A DNA stretch of 64,000 nt from positions 3,326 through 67,325 of the forward strand of contig JAFLRO010000005.1 of NCBI GenBank assembly GCA_022511425.1, written 5' to 3'. Below are positions 28,457 through 37,336 of this stretch, in pieces. How positions within the stretch are numbered: the stretch's first letter is position 1; each line of letters opens with the position of its first letter. Both the position numbers and the translations under genes were made by a program. Under the pieces are notes generated by a model. The model did no database searches. It had not been told where the DNA came from and saw only the letters and a program-made list of their open reading frames with translations. Source of the stretch: Acetatifactor sp. (GTDB lineage: Bacteria; Bacillota; Clostridia; Lachnospirales; Lachnospiraceae).

Positions 28457-29515
28457 TTAATCCTCCATTATCACCGGCTTCCTTTTGCCGAGCAGAAAAA
28501 AGCCGAACCGATTGATCAGCCAAATTAACAGCAGTTCGCCAATCAACAGCGCCAAATAAAGCCAAACCCGGAACATGATATTTCCTGCTGTCGGCATCCT
28601 CTCACTCATGGCTGTGGCAAAACGGATCGACAGATTCATGACCTGACAGTCTATGTGTGTGAGCATAATGATCAACGAGTTCCTGCCAAGAAAGAGCAGA
28701 AAACTAAAAGGTCTTACATGCCTGCAGATCAAGACCAGCCCAATGACCGCACTGCATGCTGCCAAATAGTACAGCAGCACATTTTGATAGACAAGATAAT
28801 GCAGATCCACCATCCCATTGGCAAATGCTGCTGCTACATTTAAAATCAGGCAGCAGAATCCCAACACTATCTCCCACACTGCTTTTATGGAAGACCTTTT
28901 CAGCCACCAATACAACACATACCCCACCAGTAAAAAGACCAGGGCTGTGAGCACGCGCAACAGCATCATGAGCAGATATCCAAGCCATATTAAAAACAGG
29001 TTCCCTTCCATGGGGAAATAAAGTTTGATCATCCAACTGCCCACGGCTGGAAGCCAGAGGCTTACTATACCGATAATGCCAATCAGCCACGGAGGACATT
29101 TTTTGAGCAATCCATACAGACAGAGTTCTCCCAGAAAAGCCGTTGACAAAAACCAGAGCACGGATATTCCAAAAAAAGAAAATGTCTGCAGGATATCTTC
29201 TGTTATCACCTCCGCCCCCACATTCTCTGGGCGGACATATAACCTACAGACATCTATCCCGATATTGAGCAGGCTGAACCAAAAGTATGGAATCATGGTG
29301 CTTTTGAACCGCTTGCTGAGGTAGGGGCGAAATGGCTCCCTGGAGGAGTCTTTAAATGCAAAGAGAATTCCTGACACGATAAAGAACAGCGGCATATGGA
29401 AGGAAATTATCCATGTACGAATGTCTTCAGATAACGTGGGGGTATGGCCTAACACAACCAAAACAATGCCAATCCCCTTGAGCATATCAAGATAATTCAA
29501 TCTTTCCTCTTTCAT
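28457..29515 (-). CDS. Acyltransferase family 3 (OatA/NolL-like) integral membrane protein
   Basis: 352 aa, about 10 TM. The N-terminus RLNYLDMLKGIGIVLVVLGH is typical of Acyl_transf_3. Confidence 0.8.
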   Translation of the reverse strand: MKEERLNYLDMLKGIGIVLVVLGHTPTLSEDIRTWIISFHMPLFFIVSGILFAFKDSSREPFRPYLSKRFKSTMIPYFWFSLLNIGIDVCRLYVRPENVGAEVITEDILQTFSFFGISVLWFLSTAFLGELCLYGLLKKCPPWLIGIIGIVSLWLPAVGSWMIKLYFPMEGNLFLIWLGYLLMMLLRVLTALVFLLVGYVLYWWLKRSSIKAVWEIVLGFCCLILNVAAAFANGMVDLHYLVYQNVLLYYLAACSAVIGLVLICRHVRPFSFLLFLGRNSLIIMLTHIDCQVMNLSIRFATAMSERMPTAGNIMFRVWLYLALLIGELLLIWLINRFGFFLLGKRKPVIMED

Positions 29516-29574
29516 TCTGCCTCTCCATCTGCCTTTTCATAGCAGTATTATGATACCATATATTTGTCTGTTGG

Positions 29575-29619
29575 GATAGTCTTTTCAACTGCCAGACTTT
29601 TCAGATAGTCTTTTCAACT
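29575..29619. repeat. Direct repeat GATAGTCTTTTCAACT x2 (period 29)
   Basis: Identical 16-mers at 29575-29590 and 29604-29619. Confidence 0.7.
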
Positions 29620-29628
29620 ATAAAATAA

Positions 29629-29658
29629 CCCTCTCAAATCGGCGGAGACATGAGAGGG
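29629..29658 (-). terminator. Terminator-like hairpin downstream of the 146-aa gene
   Basis: CCCTCTCA / TGAGAGGG 8-bp stem. On the minus strand it is followed by TTATTTTAT. Confidence 0.45.
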
Positions 29659-29671
29659 CACCTGCTATACT

Positions 29672-29709
29672 GTTATTACTCTTTCGTTATGTTATTGCTC
29701 TTTCGTTAT
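29672..29709. repeat. Tandem 19-mer GTTATTRCTCTTTCGTTAT x2 in the 3' UTR region
   Basis: Copies at 29672-29690 and 29691-29709 match 18/19. A related CTATCGCTCTATCG follows. Confidence 0.7.
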
Positions 29710-29759
29710 TCTATCGCTCTATCGTTTATCCTCAGTACTGTAGGCTCACCGTGATGAGG

Positions 29760-30200
29760 TCAAAAGAAGCCACTATATCTCTTTATAAATGGCACTCCGT
29801 ATGCTCCAAGAGCTACATCCCTCGCCACACTTTTCTGGCTGTATCTCCTGTTTTCTTCCTCCTGTAACTTGCGCATCAGGGAGCTTGCTCTCAGCATTTT
29901 GATATATTCTTCATACCGCATTCGCTTTGCCCTTTGTTCCGCCAGAGCCCGCTGATGTTGTTTCTCTTCATTGACCTTGGAAAGCTTTCTCTTCCACTCA
30001 TCCTGTCGCATTCCTCGCTTTGCCTCTGCTTCGCTTTCCGCAGCCTTTGCAGCAATCGTATCCTGAAAACTGTTTTCCACAGACTTCGCATCGGCTGTGT
30101 CCTGAAGATTACAGTTTCCATAGCACTCTACAGTTCTGTTTCTCTGGGAGTGTTCCTCCATATAATTTCCGTTCGTTTTATTTGCCGTCCCAATATCCAT
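29760..30200 (-). CDS. Hypothetical highly charged protein (146 aa)
   Basis: GGGAGGG plus 5 nt before ATG 30200. The central region is Lys/Glu/Arg-rich and coiled-coil-like. I recognise no motif. Confidence 0.5.
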   Translation of the reverse strand: MDIGTANKTNGNYMEEHSQRNRTVECYGNCNLQDTADAKSVENSFQDTIAAKAAESEAEAKRGMRQDEWKRKLSKVNEEKQHQRALAEQRAKRMRYEEYIKMLRASSLMRKLQEEENRRYSQKSVARDVALGAYGVPFIKRYSGFF

Positions 30201-30232
30201 TGCCGCCCTCCCGAGTTATCCTTCTGACTTAT

Positions 30233-30286
30233 ATATCGGAAGGTTTTACTTTTTTCTTCAATATCGGAAGGTTTTACTTTTCTTCA
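30233..30286. repeat. Tandem duplication ATATCGGAAGGTTTTAC-T(4-6)-CTTCA x2
   Basis: Copies at 30233-30260 and 30261-30286 are identical except for T-tract length. They lie directly upstream of the 146-aa gene. Confidence 0.75.
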
Positions 30287-30289
30287 CTC

Positions 30290-31033
30290 TTAATAAGGAC
30301 TTTCCATGCTCTCGGCTTTCTCCACAGCCTGCTCCAAAGTCATATCATAAAAGATTCCTGCATTGAAGAACCGCCCGGACTTTTTGTCGTCCACGAAAGC
30401 GCCTACCACCACTCCCGGCAGGGCGCTTTTAGGATCGTTGGGAGCATGAGGTCCTCCCAGATCCGTCCTGCACCATCCCGGGTCCGTAAGATTGATCATG
30501 ACATCCGTGCCCTGAAGCTTCGAGCCCAGATCAACGGTCACCTTGTTCAGAGCTGCCTTACTGGCAGAATAACCCGCCTGCTGGGGCTCAAGGGCAATGC
30601 CGCTGGTGGTGTTCACAATCCTGCCAAAGCCCTTCTCTATCATTTTCGGCAGGAAATGGTAGCAGATCATCATCGGGGATATGGTATTTATGGCAAAGCT
30701 CTTGACATAATCCTCCGCCGGAGTCTTTAAATATTCGGATCTGTATGCCACCTGCATGCCGGCATTATTCATAATAATATCAACTTCTGTTCCAATATAG
30801 TCAATCTCCTTAAGCATCTTAGCCACAGACTCCTCATCCGAGAGTTCTGCCTCCACTGCGTAAGCTTCAACTCCCAGACCCCTCAGCTCTTCCACCAGCT
30901 CCTGTGAATGCTCCTTCGTCCTGCCCTGAGCAATTATATTACAGCCCCGCTCCGCCAAAAAACGCGCAACAAGTCTGCCGATTCCTCTGCTTGCGCCTGT
31001 CACCAGCGCCCATCTTCCTTTTACGTCAACCAT
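30290..31033 (-). CDS. Short-chain dehydrogenase/reductase (SDR) family oxidoreductase
   Basis: ORF 30290..31084. AAAGGAGAAGG SD selects MVDVKGRWALVTGASRGIG (TGxxxGxG). NNAG and YSASKAAL catalytic motifs are present. Confidence 0.9.
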   Translation of the reverse strand: MVDVKGRWALVTGASRGIGRLVARFLAERGCNIIAQGRTKEHSQELVEELRGLGVEAYAVEAELSDEESVAKMLKEIDYIGTEVDIIMNNAGMQVAYRSEYLKTPAEDYVKSFAINTISPMMICYHFLPKMIEKGFGRIVNTTSGIALEPQQAGYSASKAALNKVTVDLGSKLQGTDVMINLTDPGWCRTDLGGPHAPNDPKSALPGVVVGAFVDDKKSGRFFNAGIFYDMTLEQAVEKAESMESPY

Positions 31034-31115
31034 GTTTCCTTCTCCTTTTGCACTCTTTTTATTTTGAACTAAAGCTTCTTGCAACCATACCTATATTCGT
31101 TCCCTGTTTTACATA

Positions 31116-31144
31116 ATTCTAACATGGTTTCCCCCGCCTTTCAA
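31116..31144 (-). promoter_or_regulatory. Sigma-A promoter candidate for the SDR gene
   Basis: Minus strand TTGAAA (31144-31139), 17 nt, TAGAAT (31121-31116). Confidence 0.5.
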
Positions 31145-31147
31145 CAT

Positions 31148-31197
31148 ATGTCAGGCTATTCTTTTAACGATACATGTCAGGCTATTCTTTTATCGAT
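31148..31197. repeat. Direct 24-nt repeat ATGTCAGGCTATTCTTTTAWCGAT x2 spanning the lipoprotein stop codon
   Basis: Copies at 31148-31171 and 31174-31197 match 23/24. The second copy contains the last two codons and the stop of the 31190..33493 gene. Confidence 0.7.
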
Positions 31198-33493
31198 GCT
31201 CATCCAGATACAGCTGCACCCTGTTGTCTATGACCAACGCCACGTCCTCCGCGCTCTTTGAGCCATTCCAATAATCCTCTGCCTCCTGCTCCACAATCTC
31301 CCAGATCTCATCCCTTACCTGATATACCCCGAGCTGATTCATGAAATCTATATAATCCGGCATATAGGAGGTTCCGTCTTCTTTCAATTCAACTTTTTGC
31401 ATACCTCTGCCAGTCTTAATTTCACACCGAACCTCACCACTGCTCGTCTCATAGTATACGACAAGATCTTCTAGCGCCGTAGTTGTAACAACAGACAAAT
31501 CTACATTGCTCTGGGCTTCCGAACTTAGAAGATAGTTAAGAAATTCTGCAATTACCTCCTTGTTTTTGGCGTTTTTGTTTACTACAACATAATAACAACT
31601 GGAAAAAACACCAACTCCTTCAGTTTGTTCCGGATAACCCACAAAATGGACCCTGCCGTCATATTCCGCTCTGAATTTAGCATATTCAGCCATATTACTG
31701 TAGAACTGATCCATAGCCAGAATCTTCCCTTCTGCCATAAGATGCAGAATAGTTTCTTCAGAATCTTTTTTCTTCTCCCCGTATCTCTTGCACACCTCCA
31801 ATAGCCGCTGGAATTCCTCGCTCTCGAAGTGACTTTCCCCACTTTCCATGTCACAGAACGGAACATTCCCGCTCGCACTATCAAAGAAGTAAAACAGATT
31901 TAATCCCGGACCTGACTCTCCTAAAGAGTTATAAAACATTCCCTCCAAGTCGTTATTGTCGATGATTTCTAAAATATCCTGTATAGTCCAGTTATCTTCC
32001 GGCCAAAGGTCAACAGAAGTTGCTAGTGTCCTCACAGCCCCCTCCGGTATAATACCATACATTTTACCGTCGATATAACACATCTTACGAAGACCGGAAA
32101 ACATAGTGCCAATCATTTCTTCCTCCAGATAACCGTCCAGAGGCTCCAACGCTCCAATTCTTTGCAGGGCCTGCATCTGCTCTCTATCTACTATCATGAT
32201 ATCCGGTCCGTTTCCTGCAGCCACTTCAGCAGACAGGCGGATCCATTCATTCCTCCAGTCTCCATAAGAGTAAGAAGTGTATTGTACAAAAGCGCCCTCA
32301 TGCTCCCGACTGAAAACCGCCGCACGGGTCTTCATATAATTTCCGCCTGCTAGGGCAACACAAGTGATATCATCTTCCGTTTCCGGTGGTATGTCCGTCA
32401 ACGCCATACTCTTTCCCTTCTCTAAAATGTAGATGATCAGCTCATGCTCACCGCTTACTGTCAGATAACAGGTCTGAAATTGGGAATCCGGCGAGATATC
32501 CGTACCCAAAAATCGGAATAACAGCTTCTTCTCTCCTGTCTGTAGATCCCAGCTATATAGGCTGCTGCCCCCGGTATAATATAAAACGCCCTCCGGAGTG
32601 ACCGTGAACTGGTCCATGCCGACACCTGTGCTTTCCCACAGCACATGCTCTGTTCCCCCGGGAAGCTCCATCCAGATCAGTTCCGTTCCTGCTCTGGAAA
32701 AAACACTTTTGGAGAATACCAGATTTCCGTCCGGCATATGGAAGGCTGTCTCAAACAGTTCTTCCTCCGGTACAAGGATCTTGTCTCGTGCCAGCTTTCC
32801 CTGAGAGTCCAAAATAACCAGATGTGTTCCCTGATCTAACAGGAGATACTGATATCCTTCCGCATCACACCACCAAGCGCTTAGCCCCATGTCAATGGTG
32901 ATGCCCAGTTCCTGATAAGCATCCGTCATGGATTGGACTGACAAAAGTTCCCCTTCAGAATCAAGCATCAGCAGATCATATCCCGCAATCCGGCCTTTCC
33001 AGCCGGATGAGGACTCTGCAAACAGGACGGCTATCGTATCCTCCTTCACAATGTCCATATATACCGCATATCCGTGGACAATACTCTCCCAGTCGTTCAA
33101 AATCTCCACCTGTTCGCTCTCTGTCAGGTCCGACGTCTGGCGGCTTAAAATGTATCTCTCATTCCCCTGCACTCTAACGCTCGTCAGGACATACCTGGCA
33201 TCCCAGGAATATGCGGCAATGTCCTTTCTCTCGTTATAAGAGAAATCCATCTCCGGCAACTGAATATCACGTCTCCTCATGTCATAATAAGGCTTTTCCT
33301 GAGTCGACATGGAAGACTTCTCCAAAAAGCCCTGCTGCCACTGATGGGGTTGTAATAAAATTTTCTCAGTCTCACTGTCTTCCATACCATATACAGCTTC
33401 CGATTCCTGATCATTAGAACTTCCATCGCACCCTGTACATAAAAGAAGAACCAGTATAAGTACAAATAAAAAAACTTTTTTTCTGTGTTTCAT
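31190..33493 (-). CDS. Large lipoprotein, paralogue of 26031..28319 (unknown N-terminal half plus solute-binding-protein-like C-terminal half)
   Basis: 767 aa. MKHRKKVFLFVLILVLLLCTGCDGS carries the lipobox. The C-terminal blocks GNGPDIMIV and ...VIDNRVQLYLDEHR align with the other lipoprotein. Confidence 0.7.
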   Translation of the reverse strand: MKHRKKVFLFVLILVLLLCTGCDGSSNDQESEAVYGMEDSETEKILLQPHQWQQGFLEKSSMSTQEKPYYDMRRRDIQLPEMDFSYNERKDIAAYSWDARYVLTSVRVQGNERYILSRQTSDLTESEQVEILNDWESIVHGYAVYMDIVKEDTIAVLFAESSSGWKGRIAGYDLLMLDSEGELLSVQSMTDAYQELGITIDMGLSAWWCDAEGYQYLLLDQGTHLVILDSQGKLARDKILVPEEELFETAFHMPDGNLVFSKSVFSRAGTELIWMELPGGTEHVLWESTGVGMDQFTVTPEGVLYYTGGSSLYSWDLQTGEKKLLFRFLGTDISPDSQFQTCYLTVSGEHELIIYILEKGKSMALTDIPPETEDDITCVALAGGNYMKTRAAVFSREHEGAFVQYTSYSYGDWRNEWIRLSAEVAAGNGPDIMIVDREQMQALQRIGALEPLDGYLEEEMIGTMFSGLRKMCYIDGKMYGIIPEGAVRTLATSVDLWPEDNWTIQDILEIIDNNDLEGMFYNSLGESGPGLNLFYFFDSASGNVPFCDMESGESHFESEEFQRLLEVCKRYGEKKKDSEETILHLMAEGKILAMDQFYSNMAEYAKFRAEYDGRVHFVGYPEQTEGVGVFSSCYYVVVNKNAKNKEVIAEFLNYLLSSEAQSNVDLSVVTTTALEDLVVYYETSSGEVRCEIKTGRGMQKVELKEDGTSYMPDYIDFMNQLGVYQVRDEIWEIVEQEAEDYWNGSKSAEDVALVIDNRVQLYLDEHR

Positions 33494-33731
33494 AATACTC
33501 TTGTCTCCTAAGATGAAAGGCCTTATTTACAAATCAATCATATCCATCCGAATGTATGCAAGCAAAAACTGCGGCCTGTGCTGGCAAACAATTTGCCATA
33601 ATTGAGAAGCATAAAACAAGCGTTGCAACGTATAATTACGCTTTATTGATTTTGTTATATATTTTTGCCATCTTAATATTTCTATCTTTTATTTAGAATA
33701 ACATTTCAGTAGCTTTGCATCCATAATGATT

Positions 33732-33762
33732 TGTTTAAGATTTATTAATATCTGTTTAAGAT
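33732..33762. repeat. Direct repeat TGTTTAAGAT x2 with 21-bp periodicity upstream of pepF
   Basis: Identical 10-mers at 33732-33741 and 33753-33762. TACAAT at 33775-33780 could be a -10 element. Confidence 0.6.
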
Positions 33763-33896
33763 GACGCACTTATATACAATATTAAAAAGCTTTTCAATAC
33801 TCAACCTCCACCGTCATTGAATTAATCCATTCCCTGTGATAAAATAAGCGTGTTATAAAATCTTAAAATATCCCATTGACAGAAAGGAAATAAATC

Positions 33897-35699
33897 ATGG
33901 AACCTATTATGAGAAAGGATGTTCCGGAGGAGCTTACCTGGGATCTGTCCGCCATCTATGCTACCGAGCAGGAAATGCTGGCTGGCGCAGAAAAAATGGA
34001 GGCACTGAGCAAAGATATTGAACAGCGCTACAAAGGGAAACTCAACACCCCTGAGCAGATCAATGCCTGCCTGGATGAATTCCGGGAACTCTACCAACTC
34101 GTTACTCTTGTGTCCAACTACACTGACCTGGCTGTGTCCGTTGATTATTACGATGTGCACAACCAAGAGCGAAATGACCGCATCAGCCTCAAGCTTTCGG
34201 AAATCTTCAGCCGCCTTAGCTTTATCGACAGCGAAATTCTGGAACAGGACACTTCTGTCCTACAGGCAGCCATCGATGCAGCAAAAGAAAACCGCCTGTA
34301 CTTAGAGAATCTGCTTCGCCAAAAGCCCCACCACCTCTCCCCTGAGACAGAGCGCGCACTGGCAGCCCTGTCAACCACATTCAGCGCCCCCTATCAGGTT
34401 TACAATATGGCCAAGCTTGCGGATATGCGCTTCCCCTCCTTTACGGCAGACGGCCAGGAGTTCCCGCTGGGCTACTCCCTTTTCGAGGATGATTACGAGT
34501 ACGACTCCCGTACGGAGGTACGCCGCGCTGCCTTCCACGCATTTTCCGAGAAAATCCGTGAATATACCAATGTCACTGCTGCAGCATATCAGGCACAGCT
34601 GCAGACCGAAAAGACGCTGGCCACCCTACGGGGCTTTGACTCTGTATTTGACAGCCTGCTCTTTTCCCAGAAGGTTGATATTACGCTGTACCACCGCCAG
34701 ATTGATTTGATCATGGAAAAACTTGCGCCCCACATGAGGAAATATGCTCGGTTGCTGCAAAAGGTACACGGCCTTGAGAAAATGACCTTTGCTGATTTAA
34801 AACTGCCTGTGGATCCTGATTATGATCCCAAAGTGACCATCGAAGAGTCCAGGCATTATATCGAGGAAGGTCTTTCTATTCTCGGTCCGGATTATCAGGA
34901 GATGATTCAGGAAGCGTATCGGGATCGCTGGGTGGATTTTGCAAAGAATCAGGGAAAGTCCACGGGCGGCTTTTGTGCCAGCCCCTACGGCTCTCACTCT
35001 TTCATCCTGCTGAACTGGAATGAGCGGATGTCCGATGTGTTCACTCTGGCTCATGAGCTGGGACATGCAGGTCACTTCAAGGCTTGCAATCGGGAACAGT
35101 GCATTTTTGACACTAATGTTTCCACCTATTTTGTGGAAGCACCTTCCACAATGAACGAGCTGATCATGGCACACTATCTGCTGAAAACCAATCCCGACAA
35201 GCGGTTCCGGCGTTGGGTACTGAGTTCCATGGTGGGTCATACCTACTATCATAATTTTGTGACGCATCTTTTGGAGGCGGCTTACCAACGGGAAGTCTAT
35301 AAAATCATAGATGCAGGCGGCAGTGTTCAGGCAGAGACCTTAAGCTGCATCATGAAGGATACACTTCAGAAATTCTGGGGAGATGCTGTGGAACTCCTGC
35401 CCGGCGCAGAGCTGACATGGATGCGGCAACCCCACTATTACATGGGTCTGTACTCCTACACTTACAGCGCAGGTCTGACTGTTGCTACTCAGGTCTGCGA
35501 CAGAATTGAACGGGAAGGACAGCCGGCTGTGGATGACTGGAAGCGTGTACTGGCTGCAGGCAGTACGAAGACACCTGCTGAATTGGCACAGATGGCAGGC
35601 GTGGACATCACTACCGACGCACCGCTGCTTAAGACTATTGAAAAGATTGGCGGAATGATTGATGAAATCTGCACGCTGACGGAAGAATTGGGATATTGA
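33897..35699 (+). CDS. pepF: Oligoendopeptidase F (M3B family)
   Basis: 600 aa. The HELGHAGH zinc motif and overall M3B layout are present. Confidence 0.92.
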   Translation: MEPIMRKDVPEELTWDLSAIYATEQEMLAGAEKMEALSKDIEQRYKGKLNTPEQINACLDEFRELYQLVTLVSNYTDLAVSVDYYDVHNQERNDRISLKLSEIFSRLSFIDSEILEQDTSVLQAAIDAAKENRLYLENLLRQKPHHLSPETERALAALSTTFSAPYQVYNMAKLADMRFPSFTADGQEFPLGYSLFEDDYEYDSRTEVRRAAFHAFSEKIREYTNVTAAAYQAQLQTEKTLATLRGFDSVFDSLLFSQKVDITLYHRQIDLIMEKLAPHMRKYARLLQKVHGLEKMTFADLKLPVDPDYDPKVTIEESRHYIEEGLSILGPDYQEMIQEAYRDRWVDFAKNQGKSTGGFCASPYGSHSFILLNWNERMSDVFTLAHELGHAGHFKACNREQCIFDTNVSTYFVEAPSTMNELIMAHYLLKTNPDKRFRRWVLSSMVGHTYYHNFVTHLLEAAYQREVYKIIDAGGSVQAETLSCIMKDTLQKFWGDAVELLPGAELTWMRQPHYYMGLYSYTYSAGLTVATQVCDRIEREGQPAVDDWKRVLAAGSTKTPAELAQMAGVDITTDAPLLKTIEKIGGMIDEICTLTEELGY

Positions 35700-35765
35700 T
35701 AAGGACATGCAATAAAAAATACGCTCTGCGAACTTTTATTATCAAAGGGCTGTTCAAAAAAAGAA

Positions 35766-35811
35766 GGGGCATCGCTCCATAACTATGAATTAGTTATTTT
35801 GCGATAGCCCC
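35766..35811. terminator. Bidirectional terminator between convergent pepF and the phosphofructokinase gene
   Basis: GGGGCATCGC / GCGATAGCCCC stem with an inner ATAACT/AGTTAT hairpin. An A-run lies before it and ATTTTTCTT after it. Confidence 0.65.
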
Positions 35812-35895
35812 ATTTTTCTTGGTATTTATACCTTACTATCGTTCCATTTCTAATGATTTCTTGTTATTGATTTCTCGCTTTTTGTTACAGATTTA

Positions 35896-37134
35896 TTATT
35901 TCTTAACTACCAAATGCTGAGGAAGTCCGTTTACCATGAAAGGCTGTAACTCGCCCTGAATCAAAGGCTTCACATAATTGATGAATTCCTCTGTCACATA
36001 ATCGCCTTCTTCATTGATCCACTCTCTGGGTACAATTCTCTCGTTGTTGGCGATATCATGAATGTCATAGATGCCAGCCTGACTTCTGTAAGGATCATCG
36101 GAAACTCTCTCAATAGTGATCATCTTTCCGGTATTACCCTCTACAGCCGCCTTTACTGCAGCGCTTCCTACCATGAATGCCTCATCGATATCGGTACGGG
36201 AAGAAATATGGGAAGCACATCTCTGCAAGGTGGAGAACTCGATTCCACGGGTCTTGCAGCCCAGCTTCTCGCTCAAGAAACCTGCCAGATATGCAGCGGT
36301 ACCCTGCAGCTGCTTGTGACCGAATGCGTCCACATAATCTCCGCCGCCGGACAGTTCGCACACATAACGTCCGTCTGCCAGCTTGATGCCCTCGGAAACG
36401 GCAACAACAACATTCTTCTGCTTCTTGACCAAATCCCTTACCTTCTCCACGAACTTGTCCATATCAAAAGGAAGCTCAGGCAGATAAATCAGGTCGGGGC
36501 CACCGCACTCCTCGGTCTTTGCCAGTGCTACAGCACCTGTAAGCCATCCTGCATTACGTCCCATGATCTCCAGAATAGTAATGTTCTCTTTGTTGTAGCT
36601 TAAGCCCAATGCGTCACGGATAACCTCCTTGGCAGCGGTAGCTATGTACTTGGCCGCGCTTCCAAAGCCGGGGGTATGATCGGTAATAGCCAGATCGTTG
36701 TCGATAGTCTTAGGTACGCCCATGAATTTCTGTGTATAGCCCTTAAGCGCTGCATAGTCGGACAGCTGCTTGATGGTGTCCATGGAATCGTTTCCGCCGA
36801 TATAGCAGAATACATCAATCTCAAGCTTGTCCAGAATTTTGAAGATTTTCTCATACATGTCCGGATTTGCATCGATCTCAGGCAGCTTAAAGCGGCAGGA
36901 ACCCAAAAAAGCAGAAGGAGTTCTCTTCAAAAGCTCAACATCCAGGTCCGACTTCAGCTGTGTGGAAAGATCCACGTACTGCTCGTCCAAAAGCCCCTGG
37001 ATACCGTGCAGCATTCCGTAAATTTTGTTAAAACCAAGCTCTTTTGCTGCCATGTAGACACCGGCCACACTGGAGTTGATCACAGCTGTAGGGCCGCCTG
37101 ACTGTCCAACAATAATATTGCGTTTCGTAGACAT
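35896..37134 (-). CDS. pfp: 6-phosphofructokinase, probably pyrophosphate-dependent type
   Basis: ORF 35896..37263. AGGAGG SD selects MSTKRNIIVGQSGGPTAVINSS. PFK blocks are present. GGNDS occupies the position where ATP-PFKs have GGDGS, suggesting the PPi type. Confidence 0.88.
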   Translation of the reverse strand: MSTKRNIIVGQSGGPTAVINSSVAGVYMAAKELGFNKIYGMLHGIQGLLDEQYVDLSTQLKSDLDVELLKRTPSAFLGSCRFKLPEIDANPDMYEKIFKILDKLEIDVFCYIGGNDSMDTIKQLSDYAALKGYTQKFMGVPKTIDNDLAITDHTPGFGSAAKYIATAAKEVIRDALGLSYNKENITILEIMGRNAGWLTGAVALAKTEECGGPDLIYLPELPFDMDKFVEKVRDLVKKQKNVVVAVSEGIKLADGRYVCELSGGGDYVDAFGHKQLQGTAAYLAGFLSEKLGCKTRGIEFSTLQRCASHISSRTDIDEAFMVGSAAVKAAVEGNTGKMITIERVSDDPYRSQAGIYDIHDIANNERIVPREWINEEGDYVTEEFINYVKPLIQGELQPFMVNGLPQHLVVKK

Positions 37135-37180
37135 AAAAAAAGTACCTCCTATTCTTAAAAAGGGAATTTTTAACACATCT

Positions 37181-37209
37181 ATTGTAACAAAGTCGCTTAC
37201 AGACTTCAA
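37181..37209 (-). promoter_or_regulatory. Sigma-A promoter candidate for the phosphofructokinase gene
   Basis: Minus strand TTGAAG (37209-37204), 17 nt, TACAAT (37186-37181). Confidence 0.5.
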
Positions 37210-37336
37210 CACAAATATCAATAAATTCATGCTCAATTTTACTGAAAACTTGTTTCCACACAAGATGTAGCCAAGGTTCCGGCTTTATTTCTACTGCCAT
37301 ATTTGAAACAGAGTCCGGTTCACTAAAGCTGAAATC

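Noticed and set aside
30020-30730. 236-aa antisense ORF opposite the SDR gene and neighbouring intergenic region
   Set aside because: It is a shadow frame. The SDR on the other strand has all catalytic motifs, and this ORF crosses an intergenic repeat region.
33494-33896. Invertible promoter (inverton) in the 400-nt AT-rich spacer
   Set aside because: I found no flanking inverted repeats of 15 bp or more bracketing a promoter, and no invertase or recombinase gene is in the window.
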